Source of the DNA: Eledone cirrhosa
Lineage: Eukaryota
DNA: 64,000 bases
Direction: 5' to 3'
Assembly: GCA_964016885.1 (NCBI GenBank)
Contig: OZ024740.1
Span: 190,960,001-191,024,000 of the forward strand
A program made the translations under genes and the position numbers. Each line of letters starts with the position of its first letter. Within the stretch, counting starts at the first letter, position 1. Of the stretch, positions 30,581-44,179 are shown in pieces. The notes below the pieces were generated by a model. It had not been told where the DNA came from. It worked only from the letters and a program-made list of their open reading frames with translations, and made no database searches.

Positions 30581-33350
30581 TTTTTTTTTTGGTTTTTTTT
30601 TTGTACATTGATATAATAAACGACATTGTTTATTAAAAAATGTAAATTATCTATATATATATATTATTATTAGGACAATGGGAATGATTAGTTAATATCT
30701 GTATACAACAACTACAACGGTACGCGATGGGGTCCACCCACAGCCTCGGCGGACAGAATGGAGAAGGCGTTTCCCCGGAGGACGGCAAGGGAGACGCGCT
30801 GGAAAAGCCACTCCAACTCGCGGGGCTCACACCTGCGGCTGGCCAGCTCAGCGCCTATGGTGGTGAGTAAGGTGGTAGCCCTGGGACCGAGGACATCAGA
30901 AGTCTCCACTGCCATGGGTACGACCGCAAACTTGTAGGAGAACGACCGGTATTTGAGAAGTTTGGCCACCTCAGCCCGACGTGCAGCAGAACCTGGGTTA
31001 GTCGCAGACTACATCAGGTTGCGGTTGCAGAAAGTCTCGGTGCAAGTGGCGTCCCAGACAAGTGGTTTGCCACCGCGGAACAGGAAGAGGCTCAGGCCAT
31101 CTGGCCTGTTGCCGTCCCTTCGATCCAGCCTCACCAGCTCGAGCTGGGAAGGGAAGCATGCAGCGTCCAAGCCATGCATAATGTCCTCGTTGAGGGCAGC
31201 ATGGCGTGGAATACGGTCGGCACTGTGGCCGAAAGAATCCACGGTGGAACGGCAGCGACAACGGTGTTTCTGGCAGATCCGGAGGCCCAGCCTCAGGGAA
31301 ACGCCGGTGCGCAGGCTATGGTTGTCTAGATGCGTGTCATTGGAGAAGGAGGGCAGGGCATGGAGCCAGGCCCCACTGTGGGGTTTGGCCGCACGAAAAC
31401 AAGCAAGGGGGTGCTCGTCGAGCTGGCGGGTGAGCCTGTCAGAGGCCAGGCTGCATTGGATGTCATCCCAAGTGCGTTGGGGGGACATGACGTCAATAGG
31501 AGAAGAAGGAGGAGTGACGTCTACTGGGATAAGTACTCACAGGCGGTCCCACGTCTCACAGGCGCCCTTACGTTCTCTGAACACAGAGAATTATGTTGTG
31601 TTTTGAAGAACCTTGCTGACGAGAACGCGGCACGAGCTTACCAACGAAGGATACGCCGGCAAAGCTAGTGATATCGGGTACCGGAGGCCAAGGCTGCCAT
31701 ACCTGACCGGTAAAGTGGCCTGTTGCCACGCTATGTCGTCAAACTTGACGTTGCATATCCCATCGGCTGCAAGTATGCAAGTATCGAGGTCAGCAAGGAG
31801 AGGTGTCTGGGTGTAGCATAGAGTGCTGTGGAGTGTATAGAGGAGCTTCGGCATGTCGAAGCAGTTCCGCAGCAGAAAGTGAGCTGGGTGGCCGTCGATC
31901 AAGCCCAGTTGGCTCGGGAGACTCTTGAGCTGTTGGAGCCTGAACCTGATGGTGGAGCGGATGGCTGGTGGGCGGGTCGGTGACCCGAGGATGGGGCTCA
32001 CCTGAACCTGGCGGGGATGCACCGCACGTCCAAGACGGAGGCTGGAAAGCTCGTAGCATTGAGGCTGACGTTCACCACCTCCACTTGGCCTATTTGACCT
32101 GGAGGCTGATTCCTGCCAGGGCAGGAACCACCCATTGAAGCTCATGGCAGACCGTCCGTACGGGCCCGCCCAACGTAGCATCATCCAGATACCAAACGAT
32201 AAGAGGAGCCGTGATAATCCGGGCGATGTGGTCAATACCAAGGGCTAACAGGAGGGTTCCCAGATGGTTGGCCTGTTGGACCCCAGTAGCCGAGGGTATG
32301 ACCGTATCAGCACCAAGGAGCATGTTCGGGGCTCCCTATGACAGGTAGGCCAGCGGGTAGGCAGCGGAGGCTCGGCTGAGGCAGGTCTCGTGTAGATGAT
32401 CCCGGCGTAAAAAGTTGAAGGCATTCCTCATGTCAAGCTTGACAATGAGGTGCCTGGAGTCCCTGGATGCCGGTTCCGATGTGCAGCTGTTGAAGAACTG
32501 CGTGGTTGGATGAGCGGCCCCCTCGCATCCACCGGACATACCGACACCCAGTTGCAGCGGACTAAACTCCTCACCCAGGTCGTCTGTTACGGATTTGCAG
32601 ATCACCTTGGCAGCCAGCCTCCGGAAGACATTGCCCGAAGCAATGGGGCGTATTCCACCCTCTTTCTTCCTGAGAGCGGTAAGTCTGGCCGAAAAAAAGT
32701 GGCTCCAGCGTAAGGGTCCAGGGCCCCATGGATGAGCCTGTTGATGAGCGCCACAATTGCACTCAGAAGGCGGCGGCCGGCCTCTGCGGAGAGGGGGGAT
32801 GTCAACTCCTTGAGGTGGCCTGGTCGGACATCATCAACACCTCCGCAGCTGCTAGCTGCGAAGGACCTGATGGCGGACATGATGTCTGCATCAGTAGCCA
32901 CAAGGAGCACATGGGGGTCGCGTGGGGTATGGGTCTCAGATCAGTGGGTGGCTCAGGTTGTTTGAGCCGCAGAGCAGCCAGGACCTGCTCGGTGGGTGGG
33001 AGGACAGTGTCCTCTGAGACAACAACACTGACTGCTGCCGAGACATCACCCATGATAAGCTTGGCGTTTACCTGGTCACGCAAACGCTTGGCGCTGGCCT
33101 CGGGGGTGGAAGATAGAGGGTATCTGAGGGTGGGACGTGTGGCGTCCCTGGGCACGCTTGGAATGGGCGCTCGCCCAAAGGACGAGATATTGGCCTTGAC
33201 GAAGGCTGCTGTTGACCGACCACCCCTGTCAGCGCCAGACCTGGGGAGGCCGAAGGCTAGTGGGGCGAAAGAGAACAGCCGCTCCCAGTCACGAGCAAGA
33301 TTGGATTCCAGGGCGCTCTCAAACAAGGAAGTGAGGGCATCGGCTACCAG
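30581..33350 (-). mobile_element. CRE-like non-LTR retrotransposon (RT plus restriction-like endonuclease), degenerate and 5'-truncated
   Basis: KLDMRNAFN, GVQQ, WYLDD, ATLPVRYG.LG, SGAWLHALP, RPDG, WDATC, AVET, FQRVSLAVLRGNA; AATAAA at ~30629-30634 and A-rich tail at 30581-30602. Confidence 0.8.
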
Positions 33351-33359
33351 CAATAAAAA

Positions 33360-34020
33360 AAAAATGCATAGCAATAGACAAACTACCTGGTTCTCTCCTC
33401 CCTTCTCACTCAACGTTAAAACCCTTTATGCAAAACATTTCTAGCCCTCTTAGATAGACACTTTCCCATAGGTCATATATGCCGCTCCATCTTTAACCGA
33501 CACAAAGTAAAACTAGGATACTCCTGCGCTAAGAACATTAAGGCCCACATCACCAACAGCCCTAAGAGCAACACCCCATCAGGGTGCTCCTGCCGTAAGC
33601 CCGAAGCTTGTTCCCTTCAACAGCAATGCAACACATCCGCTGTAGTTTATGAAGCTGTGGTGACTTCCAACCGACTAAATCGACCACAGGAGGTCAAATC
33701 CTATGTGGGTATGGCGGAGGGCCGATTTAAGGAACCCTTCCTGAAGGACCAGTCGACCTTTAGGTATCCGGACAGACGTTCCTCCACGAAACTCGCGAGC
33801 CACGAATGGTCCCTCAAGGACTCAAGTATAGACTACGCCATTCAATGGGAAGCCATCACTAAGTCCAAGCCATACGCAAGTGGCAATCCGTCGTGTAGAC
33901 TATGTATTGATGAACGAATAAATATTCTAAGATATTACACAATAGTGATTGCCTAAACGCGAGAAATGAATTCTTCACACGTTGTCCACAGGTCTGAAAA
34001 CATCTCGTATATAACTACAA
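33360..34020 (+). mobile_element. Naiad-like PLE linker plus GIY-YIG fragment
   Basis: WFSPPFSLNVKT, FNRHKVKLGYSC, CSCRKPEAC, YVGMAEGRFK, CRLC. Confidence 0.85.
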
Positions 34021-34059
34021 AGCTCCGGATTGAATTACAACAACATGCTAATTTTCTTA

Positions 34060-34562
34060 TCAACAAGAAACTTTTCGGTGGGATCAGTCATGGTTGGAGT
34101 CGTTCCTCAGTAGAGCTCAACACGATAACCAAAATCACTGCCAAAATATGCCAGAAAGGGAATTTAAAAGCAGGCTAGTTCACCTCGTGCGAATTATGAA
34201 AATAAACACACATGGAGAAACATGGCTGGTGACGTCAGAATGAGACGAAGGTCTGTTTACAAGAAATAGCAGTCAAAAACATTCCGAAAAACTCTACAAA
34301 ATGTAAGGAGTTCAGCAAAATAGCAATATTATCGCGGTTTTTAAAAAGAAAAGACCAGGATTAGTCACATATAATTTCACGCAATCTAGGAAAAATTCCG
34401 AGTATGAATATAAATGAAAATAGAGAAATTAATGTGAGCTAAAGCCAAGAGTAGTTCATAATATATAAGTGACTATAACGTCAAAATGGAAAATAATTAA
34501 CGTAATATATGGGAAAATAATTCAAACTCAATTTAAAAAATCCAGACAGAGATTTTATCCAA
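34060..34562 (-). repeat. Circularly permuted relative of the 24425-25045 unit
   Basis: Block matching 24700-25045 precedes block matching 24460-24576. Confidence 0.75.
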
Positions 34563-35892
34563 ATTAAGACAAATAAAGAAAAATAACAGCCTATATTGGA
34601 CAAGACGCCTTGTAACAATTAGACAGTATTGGAGACTGTTCCGCAACATCTTATTAAGTGAAGTTCTCATGTTTCTCTGCTCCTCAGTAGTTGTTGTGAA
34701 ATTAGTGATCCTTTCACTTCTAATAATATTAGAGAATCAATTGTGTGCGATATGAAATATCGCACATATCACTCGGAACTCAGCTTTTCTTGAAATTCCC
34801 TGCCGCTAAAAATAGTAGCCTGGTTGACAGGACATAACTAATTAGCCCTACATGATGGAGCCGACAAATATATATTGAGTTAAGAACTCAGAGTAGTCTC
34901 TTACAATTAAATAGCTCTAAGAAAAAAGCTTTTCCGAGCCGTCCAATATAATTTAATAAACAAGAGAGATGAACACTTATATAAACATACATGTGTTCGA
35001 ATCGTAAGGGCCACATTTTCTAGGGTGAAGAAATATTAACTACTGCAATATGGTTTGTTATCCTTAACTTTAAATATTAAATTAAGAAAAATAAAGAAAA
35101 ATAACAGACCTATATTGGTCAAAACGCCTGGTAAAAACTATGCAGTATTGGAGACTGTTTTCGCAACATCTTATCAAGTGAAGTTCTCACGTTTCTCTGC
35201 TCCTCAGTAGTTGTTGAGAAATTAGTGATCCTTTCACTTCTAGAAATATTAGAGAATGAATTATGTGCTATATGAAATATCGCACGTGTCATTCGGAACC
35301 CAGCTTGTCTTGAAATACCCTGCCGCTAAAATTAGCAGCCTGGCCGACAAGACATTAAAAATTAGCTCTACATGATGGAGCCGACAAATATATATTGAGT
35401 TAAGAACTTAGACTAGTCTCTTACAATTAAATAGCTCTAAGAAAAAAGCTTTTCTGAGCCGTACAATATAATTGAATACACAAGAGAGATGAACACTTAT
35501 ATAAACATACATGAGTTGGAATCGTAAGGACCAGATTTGCTAGGGTGAAAAAATACTAACTACAGCAATATTGTTTGTTATCCTTAACTTTAAATATTAA
35601 ATTAAGAAAAATTAAGAAAAATAACAGACCTATATTGGTCAAAACGCCTGGTAACAACTAGATAGTATTGGAGATGTTTCACAATATTTTATTAAGTGAA
35701 GTTCTCACCTTTCTCTGCTCCTCAATAGTTGTTGAGAAATTAGTGATCCTTTTACTTCTAAAAATATTAGAAAATGAATTGTGAGCGATATGAAATATCG
35801 CACGTGTCATTCGGAACCCAGCTTCTCTCGAAATTCCTTGCCGCTAAAAATAGCAGCCTGGCTGACAGGACATTAAAAATTAGGTCTACATT
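34561..35892 (-). repeat. Tandem array of ~2.6 units of ~520 bp, each with an HHR-like motif
   Basis: Unit starts 34561, 35079, 35599; CAACTA-CTGAGGA-GCA...TGC-G(G)AA-CAGT...ACTG-TC-TAATTG at 34616-34693. Confidence 0.85.
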
Positions 35893-36346
35893 TGGCCATT
35901 AAATGCCTTAAGACTATATATGGCTGATATGAGTTCATGTAGATATAATTAACCCGTCATAAGTTCGTTGTAAGGCTTATTTGTATATGCTTTTATGTAT
36001 AAATTAAAAGGGAAAACATTGAATCGTTACAATTATCAAGATTTGAGGTTTTTCATTTAGTTCTCTGTTGTGATATAGTTTGCTTATGACTTCATTTCTT
36101 AATTTAACATGCCTCCAATTCTCTTTTGGCATGTGGTGATTATGTGAGCTGGAGTTTCTACAAGGCAGATTATGTGAACTGTAGTTTATACGTCATGTGA
36201 GCCTGTAGACTGAAAGCAGCTCACAGAAGGTAACGGTAAAGACGAACGCTGTAATAAATCTTGTTTAAATTCTCCATAACGGTGCTTAAACATAAGATCT
36301 GGCAGTACATACAGGCCTTGTTAAAAGGAAAACATACATATTCAAA

Positions 36347-36525
36347 GTTAAAAACATCCCTTACTCTATCGATTGGTTTATTCTAGATCATTCGAGGGAA
36401 TACCAAAGGGGCACAAATAATTGTTCTTTGTGTACCACTGAAAAATTTAGAATTCTACAAAACTTAAAGCCACTTCAACTTGCCTGACCTCCCAGACCTA
36501 GATCTTCATATGTTGTCCTCACCTG
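36347..36525 (+). pseudogene. Naiad-type GIY-YIG C-terminal remnant, not in the ORF track; its 3' region may extend to ~38703
   Basis: Manual translation VKNIPYSIDWFILDHSREYQRGTNNCSLCTTEKFRIL...CCPH. Confidence 0.7.
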
Positions 36526-36875
36526 AAATCACATCTGCTCTGTAACTGGATTGACATTCCTACGATGACTCTACCACCTTGAACATCTCTGCTCTTTGCG
36601 CCTTACACCCACTAATAAAATTATTACTCTCTGAACTCACTTTCTGTACACTTATATTCTTTTTCTCCCTTATCTCACCTTATATTTAAACTTTTTCCTA
36701 TGTTATTTATTTTCCTTATTCCGCCCTACATTCTACCGTCCCCTTTACATACCCACCTTTTTTATTTATAGATATTTATTTATGTGTGTATGTATGTGTT
36801 GTGTATATGTGTATATATGTATATATATATATGTATATATATATATATGAGTATATTATTATATATATCTGTATG

Positions 36876-36938
<63 letters not shown>

Positions 36939-37035
36939 ATTTTTATTAAGCTGGTGACGTAACTTTTTGTATATATATGTGCGTGAGTATATTAGTGTGT
37001 GCGTGTGTATATGTGTATTTTTATTTATATATATA

Positions 37036-37111
<76 letters not shown>

Positions 37112-37148
37112 TGTATGGTTGTATCTGTGTGTGTGTGTGTATATATAT

Positions 37149-37520
37149 ATATTAATAAGAGGAATTCCAACTTTGTCTGATTTACTCGTTTTATTTACGA
37201 TCCTTTAAAATTTATAATGCTATTATAATGAAATAGTATGATATAATATTAAATTCTAAGTGTTAATTGAACACGTACTTTCATGCTTTCGCAATCTTCA
37301 GGTTCATAATATGTGGTGACAGTCAGTTGACAATTGCAAACTTGACTCTCACCACATATTATGAAGGTGAAGATTGCGAAAGCATGAAAGTACTTGTTCA
37401 ATTAACACTTAGAATTTAATATTCTATCATACTATTTCATTATAATAGCATTATAAATTTTAAAGGATCGTAAATAAAACGAGTAAATCAGACAAAGTTG
37501 GAATTCCTCTTATTAATATA
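37149..37520. mobile_element. Mini fold-back element with a minimal HHR-like motif in each arm
   Basis: Arms ~37149-37325 and ~37343-37520; TGAAC-CTGAAGA-TTGC-GAAA-GCAT-GAAA-GTAC..GTTCA. Confidence 0.85.
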
Positions 37521-37785
37521 ATATTCTATACACAATCATACACACACGTGTATATTTATCTATCTCTCTCTCTATATATGTATATATATACATATATATA
37601 TATATAGATATATTTTTCATTCTTATTTTTATTTTTTTATTTTTGCGCAGCCAATCTTACAATTTTATATTTGTACTTACTTATCCACAAGTTTTTTACA
37701 CCCTGTATCAATGTGGCTGAACGCCTTAATGTGTGTATACTTTCTATATATGTACATGAGCGACTACGTATGTGCGCGCGCGTGC

Positions 37786-37832
<47 letters not shown>

Positions 37833-38524
37833 CGTATGTGTATGTCTTTATATCCGTGTTTTTACATTTAGGTTTTATGTTTTGTTCCTTTTTTCTTCTC
37901 CACCCCTTTTTTTACTTACTCATTTTTATGCGTGTGCATGCAAACAGGTCAATATGCGTAAGTGTAAGTATGTGTGTGTGTGTGTGTACATATCGAACGT
38001 ATGGATGTGTAAGTGTGCGTGTATATATAAGCATGTATATTTTTGCGTTTCTTTTGTGAGATATACGTGTGTGTGTATGTATGTACCTTTTTTGTCTTCT
38101 TTTCTTTAATTTTTTCTTTCTAAATTATTGTTCCATTTTTATAAATATATCGAGATAAATACTTTCCTTTAATTATTACACTCCCTTACCTCTTTTACTT
38201 CCGCATCTAAGTGTACGTGTGTGTAGTTGTGTTTACGCGCGTGCCTGCATATTCTTATGATGTATCTATTCTGTCTGTAGATTACAGACATACAGATACA
38301 TTTGCCCTAAATTATATATTTACACACACTTTTTCACTATACGTATACATATGTGCATACACATATATGCAGATCTGTGAGCGTATATACATACATATAC
38401 ACACACCTAACTATATTTCTTGAAAGATTATTATATATTTGATATTCTAATTCATTTGTCTATATCTTTTTTGTTTTTTTGCTTTTCTTGATGAGACTTT
38501 CCAAGTATTTACCCATGTTTTATA

Positions 38525-38600
38525 TTGCCTCGTCTGACGAACGAATGAAGACGTTTCTTTCGTATTCGCCTCATTCGGGAAACCTCTGGTAATGAGGTAA
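38525..38600 (+). ncRNA. Complete type I hammerhead
   Basis: TTGCCTCGT-CTGACGA-ACGAATGA...TCATTCGG-GAAA-CC-TCT-GG-TA-ATGAGGTAA. Confidence 0.85.
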
Positions 38601-38725
38601 TTATATTGTATTGATTTTTATACATTAAATTTTGCTCTGATACTTACATAGAGCACTCTTTACTTCTATGACCTTTTCTGTTTTCAACGGAAATTTCAAT
38701 ACCTATATATATATATATATATATA

Positions 38726-41700
38726 TAGAAAGGATAAAAAGGACGATTGATTATTCCTTCATTGCATTTATTGATAAGTGACGCGCGTTTCGCCACTGAT
38801 CAGCTCAAGGTTCGATCTATATCGATCCTACCCGACTCAAAAATCGCAGCTCGACGGACCCTCTTAAAATGCTATAAGAAAATGAAATACATGCTATGTG
38901 GTAAAGTCAGAGTTTCAAGAGTTTGACAAGATGAGATGTTTTGATTGGTGAGAAGGATGAAGGCGATGTACTGGCCTGTAGTGTATATGGGGGTGGGGGT
39001 GATGGTGAGATGTTGGTGACGGTCTGTGGCTGAGGTGGGCTGTGGTGTGGTGGTGGTGGATTGGTCTTGGCGTGTAGAGTATGTGGGGGTGGATGTGATG
39101 ATATGGTGGTGGTTAAGGTTATTTAGTGGGATGGGCTGGGTATGAGGTTAGTGGATTGTCAGTAGACGAGTTGACGTGTGGGTGGGGGTGTGGTAGTGGT
39201 GCCTTTGTCTATGGTAGCGGCGTGTGTGGTGGTGTGGTGGATGTAGTGGTGGCGTCAGGTCCTTACATACATACATAGACGCTCTTCGTCTGTCAGATAC
39301 CTTGTATATACGTATACGTACACACATATATGTTTATATGTGCACATATATTGTTGTATAAACACACACAACATAAAACACATACGCACATCCTTGCCCA
39401 CACATATCGGCATACGCTCACACACATCCATAAGTATATGTACACACATGTATGTGCATGCGCGCATGCGGACACGAATATGGAGAGTGGGGGAGTATCG
39501 GTGGGGGTGGCCAACGATAGAGATGGAGGAAGGTGAGAGGCGATGTAGAAGGTGTTTTACATATATACATACACATACATAAAAATGGGTATGGGCACAT
39601 GGACTCACACTCATGTATGCAAGATATACACATACACACTCGCACACACCTATTCTCACACATATATATATACATAAATATATATTTACACACACATGTA
39701 CCGACAACACACACATACACGCACATATACACATACATGCACATATATGAGCTCACCTACACATACAGTCAGATTTACCCATATACATATATGTAGACGT
39801 ATACATACACACACATACATACACATACATATATACACACACATACACATATGCATACACATACACATATATATATATACAGATATATATATATATATAC
39901 ACACACATAGACATATGTATACACATCTGTTCACATACACACACACAAAAATACAGATACATTTGCGTACACGCACGCACACTTAAAACGCCCGTATGAG
40001 TAAAATACTTACACATAGACACACACACTATTGTTGGTTGGGGAGTGGAGGTATGTTTTGTCGGTGTTGATGAGGTATGGAGTTGTGTTTTGTGGTGGTG
40101 GTGGTGGAGTTGTGAGGGACAAAAATATATATACCGGATCGAATACCGGTTAAAAGTTGACATAGGGAACGCGGGGGAAAAGCATTTATGGACGTTCGGC
40201 GATGTGTGTTGTGGACATGGTGATGTTGGTGGTGCTGGGGTGATATGTTCGGCAAGATGATTACATGATCAGAGGTTACGGTGTTATATGGTAGGCAGAC
40301 GGGGGTGGGGTGTATATAATACACTCGATTTGGGAGCGAGGGATGATAGGTGTTGATGATGTAACGATAATGATTGTTGAAGTATGTGGATGTATTTAGT
40401 GGTGGCGGTGGTTGTGTGTGCGTGCGACAGTAGTGTTACAGGGTGGAATTTAGCGTGGGGTTGCAGGTTAGGGTAGATAGAGGGGACATGGGGGGATGAG
40501 GTTGTAGGCGTGTATGGTATGCACATGACGATGTGTGGCGTGGTGGTGGTGGTGGCGATGGTGTGATATGATCGACATTGTATTTACAAGGTCCCTTGTC
40601 ATTGTGGATTGCAAGGTAGAACGTATCATATGGTACCGATTTAATACGATGTTGCAACTATGAGGTGTGTATGGAAATGTGAATTTTGGTGGTGGTGATG
40701 TGTGCGGCATGATATACATATGGCGGCTTAGAGATGGTAACATGGAGTACAATACAATAAGTTCATTGAGGTGGGCGATGTTGAGACGGGGTATAGGTGG
40801 TTATTAATATGGTGTGTCATGGTTAGTGTGGTTTTTGGTGTGGGTTATGTATGCGGATGATATACAAAATACGGGCTTACATATGGTTAAATTCAATGAA
40901 ATGAAATAAGATAAAGTGAAGTTAGATTAGAATTAAAGTTCGTTGAGATGGGCGATGGTGATACGGGGCAGGTGTGGTTATTATTATGGTGGGTCATGGT
41001 TAGTGCGTGCCTTCCCGCGAAAGTTTGTGCAGAAAAGGTGTGCATCCTAGTGTGTCTGTAATTGACAATTGTGTCCGACCTATAGTTTATGGCGGAATCA
41101 AGTTTAATTATTTCCGCCGCCGCCTCAGCTAGGCACAATCTGCACTTGTTTCTGTCACTGGGGATGCATGCCACGCGTCTTTTTACTGACCACGAGATCC
41201 GGGGTTCAATATTCCTGTCCTTGAGGTCCCAGATCAGATTGGCCAGTTTTGTTTGGGGTCGTTTCGATCTATGTTTGAAGGAGCTTCTGTGCTTATACCA
41301 GCGCTCCTTAAACGTAGTGGATGTCGCACCTATATATGAGTACTCCTTGTTGCCGGCAGTGACATCGCACCGGTAAACAATATTCTTAACGAGGCACTCC
41401 CCGTTTAGTGGGCATTCGTCTCGTTTTTTGCAGTTGCATTTGGGAGTAACCGGTGCGGTGCAACGTTGGCGGTTGGTGTGGTGTGTGTGTTGTTGTGTTG
41501 TGTTGTGTGTGTGGTTTCGTTCTGGGTTGTGGTGGTGGTTTGTTGGGGGAAACTTAGCCTATGGTCTGGTACAAAGGAGGTAATAGACTGGTTTTGTGCC
41601 ATTGAAACTAAGTCGAATGTTCGATTAGTCCAATTGGACATTACGACCTACTACGCATCTATATCCCCAATCATCCTTAACAAGGCACTGATCTCAGCCA

Positions 41701-43949
41701 TGAACAGATCAAGCCTCACTAGAAGAGAAGTTGACATAATAATAACAGCTAGGAAAACTTTACTAGAATTCGACGGTAGACTTTGGGAACGACAGAATAG
41801 ACCAGATAACTTCGACATCACCATGGGATCGACTGACTCGGCACAGGTTACAGATGTAGTAGGTGTATACCTCCTAAACATATTAACGGACGAGATCCCC
41901 TCCTTGGGCGGTGGTTTATACCGGGATGATGCCCTACTAATGACCCGTGGACTCAATAACAGCCAACTAAATAGAATACACAAACGACTTAGGTACATCT
42001 TTAAGACCCAAGGCTTAGCAGTAGAAATTGAACCCAACAATAGGACAGTTAACTTCTTAGACGTCACCCTAGAATTAGAGTCAGGCCTCTACCGTCCATA
42101 CCGCAAACCTAATGAAACTCTTAGATACGTCAATAGACACACCAACCACCCTAAGAGCATAATTAAAAGTTAAAAGTGTCTCCAACAGAGTGTCCACACT
42201 GTCGGCCAACAAAAACATCTTCAAGCAGCACGCGGAATACTATGACTCCGCACTTATAAACGCTGGTTATACTGAGAAGATTTCTTACATCAACCCTAAT
42301 ACAACCGCAACACAGCTAAACATAACAGGACCCTTAGAAACGAACTTAGAAGAAACCTCCACACATAGGACACACAATAACGTTAGACGCCCCCTAGCCG
42401 GCAGCGTAGACAGCACCACACATAACTGTCTAGGAGATAAAGCCATACTCTCCAGCCCCAATAACAACTCCGACTATCGCACACGTTTGCGTACCAATAG
42501 AGACAAGGAACATAACGCCAATAGATTAACTGGAACCTATTTGAAACAGACGCCTGACCAAAACACACACAAACTCACTAAACAACGCATAAACCGAAGT
42601 AGACCTGTCCCGTGGTATAACCCCCCCTATTCTATACACGTCGCCACTAACATACCGGGAACCTTTTTCAGGGTTCTCGAACAATCTTTTCCACACACAC
42701 ACAAATACCACAAGCTCTTCAATAAACACAGTAACATTCTCTTTCTCCACAGCACCAAACCTAGGCCACACAATAGCACACAATAATAGGGCAAAAAATA
42801 CGAAAACACATGGTTTCCTCCCAACAAACCACCACCACAACCCAGAAGGAAACCACACACACAACACAACACAACAACACACACACCACACCAACACTGC
42901 ATGACACCAACCGCCAAGGTAGCACCGCACCCGTTACTCCCAAATGCAACTGCAAAAAACGAGACGAATGCCCACTAAACGGGGAGTGCCTCGTTAAGAA
43001 TATTGTTTACCGGTGCGATGTCACTGCCGGCAATAAGGAGTACTCATATATAGGTGCGACATCCACTGCGTTTAAGGAGCGCTGGTATAACCACAGAAGC
43101 TCCTTCAAACATAGATCGAAACGACCCCACAACAAAACTGGCCGATCTGATCTAGGACCTCAAGGACACGAATATTGAACCCCGGATCTCGTGATCAGTA
43201 AAAAGACGTGTGGCATACATATATACATACATATATATATACATATATGTGTGTACGTATACGTATATACAAGGTATCTGACAGACGAAGAGCGTCTAAC
43301 TATGTATGTATGAAGGACCTGACGCCACCACTACATCCACCACACCACCACAAACGCCGCTACCATAGACAAAGGCACCACTACCACACCCCCACCCACA
43401 TGTCAACCCGTCTACTGACAATCCACTAACCTCATACCACAGCCCATCCCACTAAATAACCTTAACTACCACCATATCACATCCACCCCCACATACTCTA
43501 CACGCCAAGACCAACCCACCACCACCACACCACAGCCCACCTCAGCCACAGACCGTCACCAACATCTCACCATCACACCCACCCCCACATACACTACAGG
43601 CCAGTACATCGCCTTGATCCTTCTCACCAATGAAACACATCTCATTTTGTCAAACTATTGAAACTCTGACTTTACCACATAGCATGTATTTCATTTTCTT
43701 ATAGCATTTTAAGAGGGTCCGTCGAGCTGCCGATTATTGAGTCGGGTAGGATCGATATAGAGGAACCTTGAGCTGATCAGTGGCGAAACGCGCGTCACCT
43801 ATCAATAAATGCAATGAAGGAATAATCAATCGTCCTTTTTATCCTTTCTATATTTTACACTCTGTATAGCTCGACACATCATCACAGAAGTGAACCTAAA
43901 CATCGAGTGCTCACCCGGGTGAACCTGTAGTAACTCCTAGTTACACCCA

Positions 43950-43952
<3 letters not shown>
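38726..43952. mobile_element. Fold-back Naiad-like PLE: minus arm 38726-~41550 (3' region plus GIY-YIG), plus arm ~41550-43952 (RT, GIY-YIG, internally deleted 3' region, tail)
   Basis: RT QLDITTYYASI, FDITMG, GGLYRDD; CNCKKRDECPLNGEC in both arms; GAAACGCGCGTC half-HHR near both ends. Confidence 0.9.
41550..43178 (+). pseudogene. Naiad-like RT-linker-GIY-YIG, frameshifted
   Basis: ORFs 41466-42173, 42190-42786 and 42810-43178. Confidence 0.85.
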
Positions 43953-44010
<58 letters not shown>

Positions 44011-44020
44011 TATATATATA

Positions 44021-44133
44021 TGCAAAAGTTCTATTTAAAATTGTTGGGATACAACAAGTAAATATTTTTATAAGTGATATAAAGAACTCGACAAGTATTT
44101 GGAGTAGATACACGATATAGTTTCCATTTATTT
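44021..44133. mobile_element. Micro-insertion: antisense tail joined to an inverted short end of the Naiad family
   Basis: TGCAAAAGTTC...AGATACACGATA then TAGTTTCCATTTATTTATATCGTA, between TA tracts. Confidence 0.7.
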
Positions 44134-44138
44134 ATATC

Positions 44139-44175
<37 letters not shown>

Positions 44176-44179
<4 letters not shown>

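Noticed and set aside
30953-33444. Plus-strand ORFs of 112-238 aa
   Set aside because: Antisense shadows of the GC-rich CRE-like coding strand
38770-38870. Complete hammerhead in the 38.7-43.9 kb element
   Set aside because: Only the GAAACGCGCGTC half is clear; no convincing CUGANGA or stem I was found
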